From Malacoraja senta (lineage: Eukaryota), in contig CM075992.1 of assembly GCA_038087875.1 (NCBI GenBank), positions 10,666,001 through 10,730,000 on the forward strand: a stretch of 64,000 nt of DNA. Direction: 5' to 3'. How positions within the stretch are numbered: position 1 is the first letter of the stretch; each line of letters opens with the position of its first letter. Under the pieces are notes generated by a model. The model saw only the letters and a program-made list of their open reading frames with translations. It made no database searches and was not told the origin of the DNA. Shown in pieces: positions 27,548 through 39,900 of the stretch. The translations under genes and the position numbers were made by a program.

Positions 27548-30500
27548 TTTTTTTTAATAATATTTTTATTAGCAGCAAAGACATATTATGGTAATAACAT
27601 TTCATGTATATCAATCATACATTATTAATATTATCAATTGTGGATTGATTCTGCTTCTAGTTTTTTTTTATAGATAGAAAGTGAGAAAGAAAGAGAGAAG
27701 CGAAAAAAAACACAAATGTCAAGATAAAAAAAGAGTGGAATAATTTACTAATAATACATCATTGGAGATAGGTTCGTGGGTTATAAAGTATAACTTTTCA
27801 TCTAATCCTAAATTCAAACTTCAGTTAGGTTCCCGTGCCGAACCGATCTACCCCTTCAAATAATCAATGAATGGAGACCATATTCTAACAACAAGTTATT
27901 GTTTGTCCATTAAGACAAGTCTGATTCTTTCCAGGTGTAGGGTCTCCGACATTTCCATAATCCACATTTTAATTGTGGGGGTTATATGACCTTTCCAAGA
28001 TTTTAACAATAATTTTTTTCCAGTTATTATACTGTAGTCTAGGAAGTTTATTTGGCTTGTTGTGAGTGTTACACTTTGTTCTGATATTCCAAGTAGTATT
28101 AGTTTTGAGTCGGGATCCAATTTAGTATTGACAACTTCAGAAATTATTCTAAAAATATCAATCCAGATTTTTTTTATTTTTATACAATTTGCAAAAGTAT
28201 GTGTTAAGTTAGCCTCTAGATGCTGACATTTATCACAAATAGGAGAGATATGTGGTAAATTATATTTAGTTTTGCTTTAGATATTTGTAATCTGTGTAAT
28301 ACTTTAAATTGTATTAAAGCATGTCTGGCATTTAACGAGCATTGATGTATATATTGTAGACGTTCGACCCAAATATCTCTCGTTATAGGCTGGCCTAATT
28401 CATTTTCCCATGTGTGTCTATATGATTCCATCGATGCGACCTCATTATCTAGGAGGGTGTTATAAATATAAGTTATTAATTTTTCTGTATTAGGATGTTT
28501 ATTCGAACATTCGTCAAGGATTTCTGATTCCCTACTCCTATAATTTTGTGTATTAGATTTAACATAATCTCTAAGTTGTAGATATCTGAAAATATATTTG
28601 AGTGTAGTCCGTAGATCTGTTGTAACTCCTGAAATGAAGGAAAAGTGCCTTTCCTATAAAGATATCCCATCTTTTTAATTCCATAATTTTTCCATTGTGT
28701 GAAACCTTTATCCAATATGGAAGGTTTAAATAAAGGATTGTTTACAATGGGAAAATAAAGTGATATATTATCCAATTATAAAGCCTTTTTAATTGTTTCC
28801 AGATTCGTGTACCACTATGTATTATAGGGTTTTCCCTGTACGTTTTTTTGTGCAATTTTGTGGGAGCAAGCATAATCGCACCAGTCTTCCTTTTCCATCC
28901 TTAGCCAATCTGGTTGCTCATCCATTTCTTCCAGCCAGAAATTCATGTTTTAATATGGACTGCCCAAAAATAAAACCAAAAAATGCGCATAGCTAAACCT
29001 CCATTTATCTTTGATTTACATAAATGTGTTTTGCTTATTCTATGATTCTTATAATCCCTTTTTTTAACTTTTGGGATATATGTCGGAATTGATTGAAATA
29101 GGTACAGTAATTGCGGTAGAAAAAGCATTTTTATAGCATTAATTCTACCAAACATTGAAATGGGAAGTGTTTTCCAATACTAAATATTCGTATGTAGTAT
29201 ATTCAGTAAAGGTGGGAAGTTTAATTTAAATAAAAGAGTATATGTCTTAGTCACATAAATTCCTAAATATTTAAATTTTTCATTAACTATTTTTAAAGGA
29301 AATTGTTGTAGTGTATGTAAATTGAGTTCCGTTATTGGCATGATTTCGCTCTTATTCCAATTAATTCTATATCCCGAAAACTGACGGAATTGAGTTATTA
29401 AATTTAATAGGTTTGGAATTCTTGTTTCTGGCTTTGTAATATATATTAATATATCATCTGCATATAAAGAGATTTTATTCATTGTGTCTAACACTTTCTG
29501 CCAATGATTCAATTGCAAGAGCGAATAATAATGGGGATAGCGGGCATCCTTGTCTACAACCTCTAGAAAGGTTGAATTTAGTTGATAACATTTGGTTTGT
29601 TAATATTCTAGCTGTTGGATTAGAATATATAAGTTAAACCCATGTACAGTACATCTCTCCCAATTGAAATTTTTCCTTCACCGAAAATAAATATGACCAT
29701 TCTACCTGATCAAATGTTTTTTCAGCATCTAACGATAATTGCTAGATCAGCATTAGCTATTCTATTTGATTATATAATATTGAATAGTCGTCTCAGATTA
29801 TAAAATGAGTAACGTTTTGGAATACAACCTGTTTGGGCGGGGTGTAATAATTTCTTAATCACTAAACTCAATCTATGAGATAGGATTTTAGTTAATATTT
29901 TCTGATCAGTATTTAAGAGAGCTATAGCTCTATATGAACCTGGGTCTTCAAGATCCTTATCCGTTTTTGGTATAAGTGTTATTGTAGGTTCGTTTAAAGT
30001 TTCTGGGAGTTTCTTTTGAATATAAGCATATTTATAAAGTGTCTGTAAGCGTGGGGAGATCAGATCATATTTTTTTTAAATTCAGAGCTTAGCCCGTCAG
30101 GACCTGCGGCCGTTCCGTTTTTTAAAGATCTAATTGACTCTTCGATATGTTTTACCGTTATTTCAGCCCCTAGTAATTCTCTCTCATTCAGATCTAAAGC
30201 CGTAAGATTACATTTCTGTAAAAATGCTTCCATTCCTGCTGATTGTTCTGTTACTTTAGTTGAGTAAAGTTTTTGCTAATATTGTAAAAATATGTCATTG
30301 ATATCTTTGAGCAGTGTTAATATTTCTCCATTGTCTGATCTAATTTTATAAATCGTTTTTTCCCCGTCCAGTTTACGAAGTTGACGTACTTCTTTGTGCT
30401 TTATCACAAAATTCAAAATTTGATTGTTTTGTATGTTGATAAAGTTTTATAACATGGTCGGTGTATATTTTATTTAACTTATATTTCAGTGCTGCAATTT

Positions 30501-30933
30501 TATTATGTTTTCCCATAGAAGGTGCTACTGCGTTTTCTATGTCTAATTGCCTTATTTCCGTTTCCAATATCTGTTGTTAGCCCTACTCTCTTTATTAAGA
30601 GAAGCCTGGGAGGAGATTAATGCTCCTCGTACATATATTTTAAATGTTTCCCAAAGAAGGGAAGCAGAAATTTCAGGGTGGTCATTAGCCTCAAAAAACA
30701 TATTAATCTGTTTTACAAGGTATTCATGACATACATTTTCATTTAATATTTGGGAGTTAAGTCTCCATTGTGTCTGTTTCTCGGCCATTCCGTTTAGTTT
30801 AATCATAAATGTTAGTGGAGCATGGTCCGAGATTATAATATTATGATATTGCGAGTTGTAGGTAAATGGAATAAGTTTAGAGTCCACCAAGAAATAGTCT
30901 ATCCTTGAGTAAGTTTTATGCACCGGTGAATAA
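27548..30933 (-). mobile_element. L1-clade LINE ORF2 with poly(A) tail, decayed
   Basis: Poly(T) at 27548 on +; minus-strand YSRIDYFL...ISDHAPL (endonuclease), GCRQGCPLSP, ISLYADDIL, FKYLGI. Confidence 0.92.
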
Positions 30934-31314
30934 AATAGTAAGATTAAACGAGAACTTACCAGTTTGAAGTTTGATCTTTATTTTATGAGGAGTTACGTTG
31001 GTGATTATGTGAAGAAGTCCCGTCAGGGCGCATGTGCGTCAATCTTCAAAGCAGCGGTATGAAATCACAGACAACACAATAATTGAAGTAACATATTAAG
31101 ATGAGGAACATGAGAACTACCATTATGACCTTTTTTCTATGAGAGAGGATTGGACGTGGCGGGCACGTAATCACCAACGTAACTCCTCATAAAATAAAGA
31201 TCAAACTTCAAACTGGTATGTTCTCGCTTAATCTTACTATTTTACTTCAGAGTCACGTGAGTGACTACGTGAAGATTTCAAAGCTCTGTGATTTTATGCC
31301 ACAGATCAAAATCC
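30934..31314 (-). mobile_element. DIRS 3' terminal fragment (ICR + right ITR) inserted in the L1 endonuclease region
   Basis: Diverged reverse complement of ~19820-20199; long inverted repeat 30934-31011 vs ~31165-31241; ends in ATT on the minus strand. Confidence 0.9.
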
Positions 31315-31516
31315 GTAGATGATATATGCATGTGCCTTTAACATAGTGACCTCATACTTAATAACCACTCCCCATACACAAGTATAACTACAACCTCCCC
31401 ACCCACAGATCGCTCTCTAGTTCCTGTGACAGACCACGTACAGCTAGTGCAATATGTAATGCTCCAGTATGAATAAAGATAGTAAAGTAACGATGCCTCG
31501 TTATAGCTTCTTTACA
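31315..31516 (+). mobile_element. Short LTR, probably Gypsy-type
   Basis: AATAAA at 31472, terminal TTTACA directly followed by a tRNA-Leu PBS; 5' boundary inferred from where DIRS homology stops. Confidence 0.65.
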
Positions 31517-31558
31517 TGGTGTCAGAAGTGGGATACGAACCCACGCCTCCAGTCGGAG
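31517..31558 (-). tRNA. 42-nt copy of the 3' end of mature tRNA-Leu (CAA/CAG type) including CCA; extended PBS, not a tRNA gene
   Basis: Minus strand reads CTCCGACTGGAGGCGTGGGTTCGTATCCCACTTCTGACACCA: variable arm, T arm, acceptor 3' strand and CCA. Confidence 0.88.
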
Positions 31559-32630
31559 CTCCAGTATGAATAAAGATAGTAAAGTAACGATGCCTCGTTA
31601 TAGCTTCTTTACATGGTGTCACACCTCTTACCTTGCGCCTCCTGTCTATCGGTTTATCATTTAATTTTGTCCCAAGTTTTTGTTTCCCCTGCCCTCTTAT
31701 TTCCTCGTTATGGCCACTTCTGCCCGTAAGCCTGATGTGCTCGTTTTCGATTTAGATATTGCCCTTCGATGGGATGTCTGAATGAGTGAGTGAGTGAGTG
31801 CTTATTGATTGAGTGAGTGATCCCACAAGCCCCGATGCGTTAGCGAGTGATCCCGCAAGCAGTGTGGAGTGAGTGAGTGTGCCCACAAGTGGTGCTGAGT
31901 GAGTGAGTCAGGGAGTGAGTGATCGCACAAGACCTGATGTGTGAGTGAGTGAGCCCACAAGCCGCGCTGAGTCAGTACGTGAGCCCACAACCCGGGGTGA
32001 GTGAGTGAGTGTGTGAGTAAGACCAAAAGCCCCGCTGAGTGAGTGAATAACTCCACAATCCGTGCTGAGTGTATGAGCCCACAAGCCGTGCTGAGTGAGT
32101 GAGTGAGCCAACAAGCCGTGCTGAATAAATCAGTGAGCCCACACGCCGTGCTGAGTGACGGTGAGCCCACAAGCAGTGCTGAGTGAGTCATTGTGCGTGC
32201 GATACTTGCAGAGTAGGCGAGTGAGCCCACAAGCCGTGCTGAGTGAGTGAGTGAGTCCACAAGCCGTGCTGATTGATTGAGTAAGCCCGCAAGCCTTGCT
32301 GAGTAAGTCAGTGAGCCCACAAGCCGTGCTGCGTGACGGTGAGCCCACAAGCAGTGCTGAGTGAGTCCGTGAGCCCGCAAGCCGTGCAGAATAGGCGAGT
32401 GAGCCCACAAGCCGTGCTGAGTGAGTGAGTGAGTACATAAGCCCTGCTGAGTGAGCCAGTGAGCCCACAAGCCGTGCTAAGTGCGCCCACGAACCATCGT
32501 GAGTGGGTGAGCCCAAAAACCGTGTTGAGAGAGTGAGGGAGACCATAAACCGTGCTGAGTGAGTGAGCCCACAAGCCGTGCTGAGTGAGTGAGTGAGTGA
32601 GTGAGGGAGCCCACAAATTGTGCTGAGCGA

Positions 32631-33221
32631 AGGCTCTGTCTTACCTGTTTGCGGTCATCGGCGGTGAAGCGCGGCGTCGCCGGTAGCGGGGACCGCGCGG
32701 CAACGGCGAGAGCGTCGAGCCTATCCACCGGAGCGCCGCACGGATGCTGCGCGGGGGCCGAGTTAATTCAAACACGGCGGGTCCCACGTGCTTGCGGTAA
32801 GTAAAAAAAGGGCGGGCCGACTGCGATGACGTCGGCCCGCCGCACGTGACTCACTAGCGGCGGCTCTGGCGGCGGCCATCCTGATCGCGGCGCTGTAGCG
32901 GTGGCTGTGCCTGCGGCCGTGCAGCACACGTGCCTCACTGGCGGCGGCACGTACCTCACTGGCGGAGGCTGTGGCAGTGGAGGTTTGACGCACGGCGCTC
33001 GAGCCACACTGGCGGCGGCCCGTGCGGGCGGCCGTGCCGCACTCGTCCATCACTGGTGGAGGTTGTGCGGTGAGTATATAGTTTTCGACATTGTCGATTT
33101 TATTTTAGCACCGTGCGGTGTTGGGAACACCGATATTGTACTTTCTCACGAGTGCGCGGTCTATGGCGGCAGATTCTTCCCGTTTCGCCGCCAATGACCG
33201 CAGACTCGTGAGACAGGCCTT
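32631..33221. mobile_element. CpG-rich MITE, probably Harbinger-like, inserted in the satellite
   Basis: Absent from the paralogous site near 39010-39020; imperfect TIRs AGGCTCTGTCTTAC / GTGAGACAGGCCTT resemble the terminus at 46797; 3-bp flanks CGA and TTA where the paralogue has TGA. Confidence 0.6.
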
Positions 33222-33239
33222 TTAGTCAGTGAGCGCACA

Positions 33240-33736
33240 TCAGAGGAATCAGAATCAGAATGCCGTGTATTGTCTAAGAAGGAACTGCAGATGCTGGAAA
33301 ATCGAAGGTACACAACAATGCTGGAGAAACTCAGCGGGTGCAGCAGCATCTATGGAGCGAAGGAAATAGGCAAGGTTTCCGGCCGGTTTCGGCCCGAAAC
33401 ATTGCCTTTTTCCTTCGATCCATAGATGCTGCTGCACCCGCTGAGTTTCTCCAGCATTTCTGTGTACCTGCCGTTTATTGTCACGATCCTACGTTCAAAT
33501 GAAATTTCGTTTCTGTAGTCATACGAACAAAAAAAAACAAGACAAATAATAAACGCAATTTACACAAACATCCACCGCAGTGAATCTCCAAACACCTCCT
33601 CACTGTGATGGAGGCAAAGTCGTGTCTCTCCACTGTTCTTTATTCATCTCCCGATGTTAAAGCCCACGGCGGGCGATGGTAAGTCCCGCAGCCGTTAAGG
33701 TCGCTCCGGGCGATGTAAGGCCCTGCTCCGGCTCCA
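33240..33736 (-). mobile_element. GC-rich SINE-like element with (TTCTGA)n tail, copy A (truncated, carries palindrome insert)
   Basis: Homologous to 35004-35836, 39031-39900 and 40264-41097. Confidence 0.6.
33275..33468. repeat. Penelope-terminus-derived inverted repeat with 14-bp flanking direct repeats
   Basis: Arms match the Penelope 3' end at 59735-59797; flanks TGCCGTGTATTGTC / TGCCGTTTATTGTC. Confidence 0.8.
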
Positions 33737-35003
33737 GTGAATGATTGAGCCCACAAATTGTGCTGACTCAGTGAGCCCTTCAGCCGTTGTGAGTGAGTGG
33801 GTGAGCCCACAAGCCATGCTCAGTGAGAGAGTGAGCCCTCAAGCCGCGCTGAGTGAATGATTGAGCACAAAAGTCGTGCTGAGTGAGTGAATGAGCCCAC
33901 AAGCCGTGCAGAGTGAGTGCGTGAGCCCACAAATTATGCTGCGTGAGTCAGTGAGCCCATAAGCCGTGCTGAATGAATCAATGAGCCACCAAGCCGTGCT
34001 GAGTGAGTGCGTGAGCCCACAAATTGTGCTGAGTGGGTCAGTGAGCCAACAAATTGTGCCGAGTGAGTTAGTGATCCTACTAGCCGTACTCAGTGAGCGA
34101 GCCCACGAATCGTTGTGGGTGAGCCCACGAGCCGTGCTGAGAGAGTGAGGGCGCCAACAAGTCGTACTGGGTGAGTGAGCCCACAAGCCGTGCAGAGTGA
34201 GTCAGTGAGTCCACAAGCCATGCTGAGTCAGAAAGTGACCCCACATGCCGTGGTGACTGAGTCAGTGAGCCAAAAGCCGTGCTGAGTGAGTGTGAGCCCA
34301 AAAGCCGTGATGAGTGAGTGTGAGCCGAAAAGCCGTGCTGAGTGAGTGAGTGAGTGAGTGAGCGCACAAGCCGTGTTTAGTGAGTGAGTGATCCCCAAAG
34401 CCGTGCTGAGTGAGTCAGTGAGCCCGCAAGCCGTGCAAAGTAGGCGCGTGAGCCCACAAGTAGTGCTGAATGAGTGAGTGAGCCCATAAGCAGTGCTGAG
34501 TGAGTGAGCCCACAAGCAGTGCTGAGTGAGGGAATGAGCCCACAAGCCGTGCTGAGTGAGTCAGTGAGCCCGCAAGACGTGCAAAGTAGGCGAGTGAGCC
34601 CACAAGCCGTGCTGAATGATTGAGTGATCCTACAAGCTGTGCTGAGTGAATGATTGTGCACAAATTGTGCTGTCAGTGAGCTCATAAGCCGTACTGAGTG
34701 AGTCAATGAGCCCCGAAGACATGCTGAGTTCGTGAGTGAGCCCACAAGCCATGCTGAGTGAGAGAGTGAGAGAGTGAGCCCACAAGCCATGCTGAGATAG
34801 TGATTGAGCCCAAAAATCCGTGCTGAATTCGTGAGTGAGCCCACAAGCCATGCTGAGTGAGAAAGTGAGAGAGTGAGCCCACAAGCCATGCTGAGATAGT
34901 GATTGAGCCCAAAAATCCGTGCTGAGTTAGTGCGTGAGTCCACAAGCCGTGCTGAGTGAGTGGGTGAGCCCACAAATTGTGCTGAGTGAGTCAGTGAGCC
35001 CAC

Positions 35004-35836
35004 ATCAGAAGAATCAGTATCAGAATGCCGTTCAAACCTAGGTTCAAACGAAATTTCGTTTCTGCAGTCATACGAACAAGAAAACACCAAGACACACAAT
35101 TAACACAATTTACACGACATCCATCACAGTGAATCTCCAAACACCTCCTCACTGTGATGGAAGGCAAAGTCTTGTCTCTCCCCTGTTCTTTATTCTTCTC
35201 CCGATGTTAAAGCCCCCGGCGGGCGACGGTAAGCCCCGCGGCCGTTAAGGCTGCTCCGGGCTATGTAAGGCCCTGCTCCGGGTCTTGATTTTGGTGTCCC
35301 CGGCGGGCGATTGTAAGGACCGCGGCCGTTAAAGCCGCGAAACCCGATATAAGTCCCCGTTGCGCGTCGTTTTTAACCCCGCGATTCGGGCGGGAGAAGT
35401 TGCCATTGCGGGTGCTCCGAAAAGCGGTCTCCCACCAGGGACCCGCGAGCTCCCGATGTTACCGTCTACTGGGCCTGCGGCTGGAGCCTCCGAGCTCCGA
35501 AGTCGGGGCGAAGCCGCGCGCCACCACAGCTCTCCACGCTCCGAAGCCGGCCAGCTCGGCGATGGTGAGTCCGCAGGCTCTGCGACTGGAGACCCAGGTC
35601 GATTCCGGTTGGAGGCCGCTCCACGGGGCTAGGCCCAAACGATAACGGAGACAAAGAACGGGTCCCCGTACAGGGAAGAGAATTAATAGTTTCCACCCCC
35701 CACCCACCGCCTCTCCACATATACACAGCTAAAAATAAGATATAAACGGCAAACAAAACTTACACTTAACAGGACACAATGGGAAAAAAGACAGACGGAC
35801 TGCAGAGGCCGCTGCCGACAGGCGCCGCAATCTTGG
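35004..35836 (-). mobile_element. GC-rich SINE-like element, copy B
   Basis: Full-length partner of 40264-41097; same satellite junction as copies A and C. Confidence 0.65.
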
Positions 35837-37779
35837 CACGTGCTGAGTGTGTCAATGAGCCCCCAAGCCGTGCTGAGTGAGTCAGTCAGCCCACTAGCCG
35901 TGTTGAGTGAGTAAGTGAGCCCGCATGCCGTGCTGAGAGAGTCAGTGAGCCAACAAGACGTGCTGAGTGAGTGAGAGAGCCTAAAAGCCATGCTGGGTGA
36001 GTGAGTGAGCCAACAAGCCGTGCTGAGTAAGTCGGTGAGCCCACAAGCCGTGCTGAGTGACGATGAGCCCACAAGCATGGCTGAGTGATCAGTGAGCCCG
36101 CAAGCCGTGCAGAGCCGGCGAGTGAGCCCACAGGCCGTGCTGAGAGAGTGAGTGAACCCACAAGCCGTGCTGAGTGAGTGAGTGAGCCCACTAACCGTTG
36201 TGAGTGTGATGGTGAGCCCGCAAGCCGTGCGAAGAAAGTACGGGAGCCCACAAGCCGTACTGATTGAGAGAGCCCACAAGCCATGCTGAGTGAGAGAGTG
36301 AGTCCACAAGCCGTGCTGAGCGAGTGAGCCCACAAATTGTGCTGAGTGAGTCAGTGAGCCCACAAGCCGTGCTGAGTGTGTCAATGAGCCCCCAAGCCGT
36401 GCTGAGTGAGTCAGTGAGCCCACTAGCCGTGCTGAGTGAGTCAGTTAGCCCAAAGCCGTTTTGAGTGAGTGAGTGAACACAAGCCGTGCTGAGCGAGTGA
36501 GTGAGCTCAAAACCCGTGCTGAGTGAGTGAGACAACAAGCCGTGCTGAGTGCGTGAGTGAACCCCAAGCCGTTGTGAACTAGTCAGTGAGTCCACAAGTC
36601 GTGGCAACAGAGTCAGTGAGCCCACAAGCCGTGGTGAGTGAGTGAGTGTGCCCACAAGCAGTGATGAGTGAGTGAGTGACCCCACAAGTCGTGCTGAGTG
36701 AGTGAGTGACCCCCAAGCCGTGCTGAGAGAGTGAGTGAGCGCACAAGCCGTGCTAAGTGAGATTCTCAGCAATCACGCCGCGCTGAGTGTGTCCACAAGC
36801 CATGCTGAGTGAGCCAACATGCCGTACTGAGTGAGTGAGTTCACAAGCCGTGCTGAGTGAGTGAATAAGCCCGCAAGACGTGGTGAGTGTCAGTGAGCCT
36901 AAAAACCGCGCTGAGTGAGTCAGAGCCCACAAACCGTGCTGAGTGAGTGAGTGAGTGACTGAGCCCACAACCCGTGCTGAGTGCCTCAGTGAGCCCACAA
37001 CCCGTGCTGAGTCAATGAGTGAGCACACAAGCAGTGCTGAGTGAGTCTATGAGCCAACAAGCAGTGCTGATTAAGTGAATGAGCCCACAAGCCGTGCTGA
37101 GTGAGCGAGTGAGCCCACAAGCCGTGCTGAGTGAGTGAGCCCACAAATTGTGCTGAATGAGTCAGTGAGCCCACAATCCGTGCTGAGTGTGTCAATGAGT
37201 CCCTAGGCCGTGCTGAGTGAGTCAGTGAGCCCACTAGCCGTGCTGAGTGACTCAGTTAGCCCACAAGCCGTTTTGAGTTTGAGTGAACACACAAGCCGTG
37301 CTAAGTGAGTGAATGAGCCCACATGCCGTGCTGAGCGAGTAAGTGAGCCCAAATGTCGTGCTGAGTGAGTCAGTGAGCCCACAAGCCGTGCTGAGTGTGT
37401 CAATGAGCCCCCAAGCAGGGCTGAGTGAGTCCGTGAGCCCACTAGCCGTTCTGAGAGAGTCAGTTAGCCCACAAGCGGTTTTGAGTGAGTGAACACACAA
37501 GCCGTACTGAGTGAGTGAGTGAGCCCACAAGCCGTGCTGAGCGAGTGAGTGAGCCCAAAAGCCGTGCTGAGTGAGTGAGTGAACCCCAAGCCCTTGTGAG
37601 TGAGTCAGGGAGCCCACAAGCCGTGGTGAGTGAGTCAGTGAGCCCGAAAGCCGTGCTGAGTGAATGAGTGAACCCGAAGCCGCAGTGAGTGAGTGAGTGA
37701 GCCCACACGCCGTGCTGATTGAGTGTGCCTATAAGCCGCGCTGAGTGAATGGGAGAGCCTACAAACCGTGCTGGGTGAG

Positions 37780-38083
37780 TGCAAGGGGCCTACATTTGTT
37801 TTAACTAATCTTTTTCTCTTCACATTTCTATAATAGATTTTGCAGTCTGTCTTTTTATGTTCCCTGCCAGTTTTCTTTCATAATATATTTTCCCTTTCCT
37901 AATTAAGCCATTTGTCCTCCTCTGCTGGACACTGAATTTCTCCCAGTCCTCTGGTAGGCTGCTATTTCGGGCTAATTTGTATGCTTCATCTTTTGTTTTG
38001 ATACTATCCCTGAATTCCCTTCTTATCCACGGATGCGCTACCTTCCCTGATTTATTATTTTGCCAAACTCGGATGAACAATTT
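37780..38083 (-). mobile_element. CR1 ORF2 fragment inside the satellite
   Basis: Reverse complement of ~24280-24582 (KLFIRVWQNNKSGKVAHPW...KRLVKTNVGPL). Confidence 0.9.
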
Positions 38084-39030
38084 AGTGTTTAGGGTTATAA
38101 CCATGAATGCCCGGATGTTTGAGTGCTTATTGAGTGAATGAGTGCTTATTGAGTGAGTGAGTGATCCCACAAGCCTCGATGGGTTAGCGAGTGAGTCCGC
38201 AAGCCGTGCGGAGTGAGTGAGTGTGCCCACAAGTGGTGCTGAGTGAGTGAGTGAGGGAGTGAGTGATTCCACAAGCCCTGATGTGTGAGTGAGTGAGCCC
38301 ACAAGCCGTGCTGAGTCAGTAAGTGAGCCCACAACCAGGGCTGAGTGAGTGAGTGAGTGATTGAGTGAGTGAGACCACAAGCCGCGCTGAGTGAGTGAGT
38401 AACCCCACAATCTGTGCTGAGTGTGTGAGCCCACAAGCCGTGCTGAGTAAATCAGTGAGCCCACAAGCCGTGCTGAGTGACGGTGAGCCCACAAGCAGTG
38501 CTGCGTGAGTCATTGAGCCAGCGATACGTGCAGGGTATGCGAGTGAGCCCACAAGCCGTGCTGAGTGAGTGAGTGAGTGAGTCCACAATCAGTGCTGAGT
38601 GAGTCAGTGAGCCCACAAGTCTTGCTGAGTAAGTCAGTGAGCCCACAAGCCGTGCTGAGTGACGGTGAGCCCACAAGCAGTGCTGAGTAAGTCAGTGAGC
38701 CCGCAAGCCGTGCAGAATAGGCGAGTGAGCCCACAAGCCGTGCAGAGTGAGTGAGCCCCTAAGCCCTGCTGAGTGAGTCAGTGTGCCCACAAGCTGTGCT
38801 GAGTTAATAAGTGAGCCCAATAATTTTGCTCAGTCAGTGAGCCCACAGGCCGTGCTGAGTGCGCCCACGAACCGTCGTGAGTGAGTGGGTGAGCCCACAA
38901 GCCGTGTTGAGAGAGTGAGGGAGACCGCAAGCCGTGCTGAGTGAGTGAGCCCACAAGCCGTGTTGCGTGAGTGAGTGAGTGAGTGAGTGAGGGAGCCCAC
39001 AAATTGTGCTGAGTGAGTCAGTGAGCTCAC

Positions 39031-39900
39031 ATCAGAGGAATCAGAATCATAATGCCGTGTATTGTCTAAGAAGGAACTGCAGATGCTGGAAAATCGAAGG
39101 TACACAAAAATGCTGGAGAGACCCAGCGTGTGCAGCAGCATCTATGGGGCGAAGGAAATAGGCAACGTTGCCTATTTCCTTCGCTCCATAGATGCTGCTG
39201 CACCCGCTCAGTTTCTCCATCATTTTTGTGTACCTGCCGTGTATTGTCATTTGATCCTAAGTTCAAACGAAATTTCGTTTCTGTAGTCATACGAACAAAA
39301 AATACCATGACAAATAATAAACACAATTTACACAAACATCCATCACAGTGAATCTCCATACACTCCTCACTGTGATGGAGGCAAAGTCTTGCCTCTCCCC
39401 TGTTCTTTATTCTTCTCCCGGTGTTAAAGCCCCCGGCGGTCGATGGTAAGCGCCGCGGCCGTTAAGTCCGCACCGGGCGATGTAAGGCCCGGCTCCGGGT
39501 CTTGATGTTGGAGCCCTGGCGGGCGATGGTAACGACCGCGTCCGTTAAAGCCGCGTCGGGTAATGTAAGGCACCGCTCCGGGTCGTTTTTAATCCCGCGA
39601 TTCGGGCGGGAGAAGTTGCCGTTGCGGGAGCTTCGAAAAGCGGTCTCCCACCAGGGACCAGCGACGTACCGATGTTACCGTCCACCGGGCCTGCGGCTGG
39701 AGCCTCCGAGGTCCGATGTCGGGTCGTAGCCGTGCGCTAACACATCTCTCCACGCTCCGAAGCCGGCCAGCAAAGCAATGTTGAGTCCGCAGGCTCTGCG
39801 ACTGGAGCCCCAGGTCGATTCCGGTTGGAGGCCGCTCCACGGTACTAGGCCCCAACGACAACGTAGATCCGACAGGGAACACGTCGTGTCCCCGCACATG
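39031..39900 (-). mobile_element. GC-rich SINE-like element, copy C (carries palindrome insert)
   Basis: Paralogue of copy A, including the insert. Confidence 0.65.
39067..39234. repeat. Penelope-terminus-derived insert containing a 136-bp spacerless palindrome (39099-39234)
   Basis: Centre GGCAAC|GTTGCC at 39166/39167; perfect 14-bp flanks TGCCGTGTATTGTC at 39053-39066 and 39235-39248. Confidence 0.88.

Noticed and set aside
31517..31558. Functional tRNA-Leu gene
   Set aside because: No 5' half, D arm or anticodon, and CCA is present, so it is a cDNA copy.
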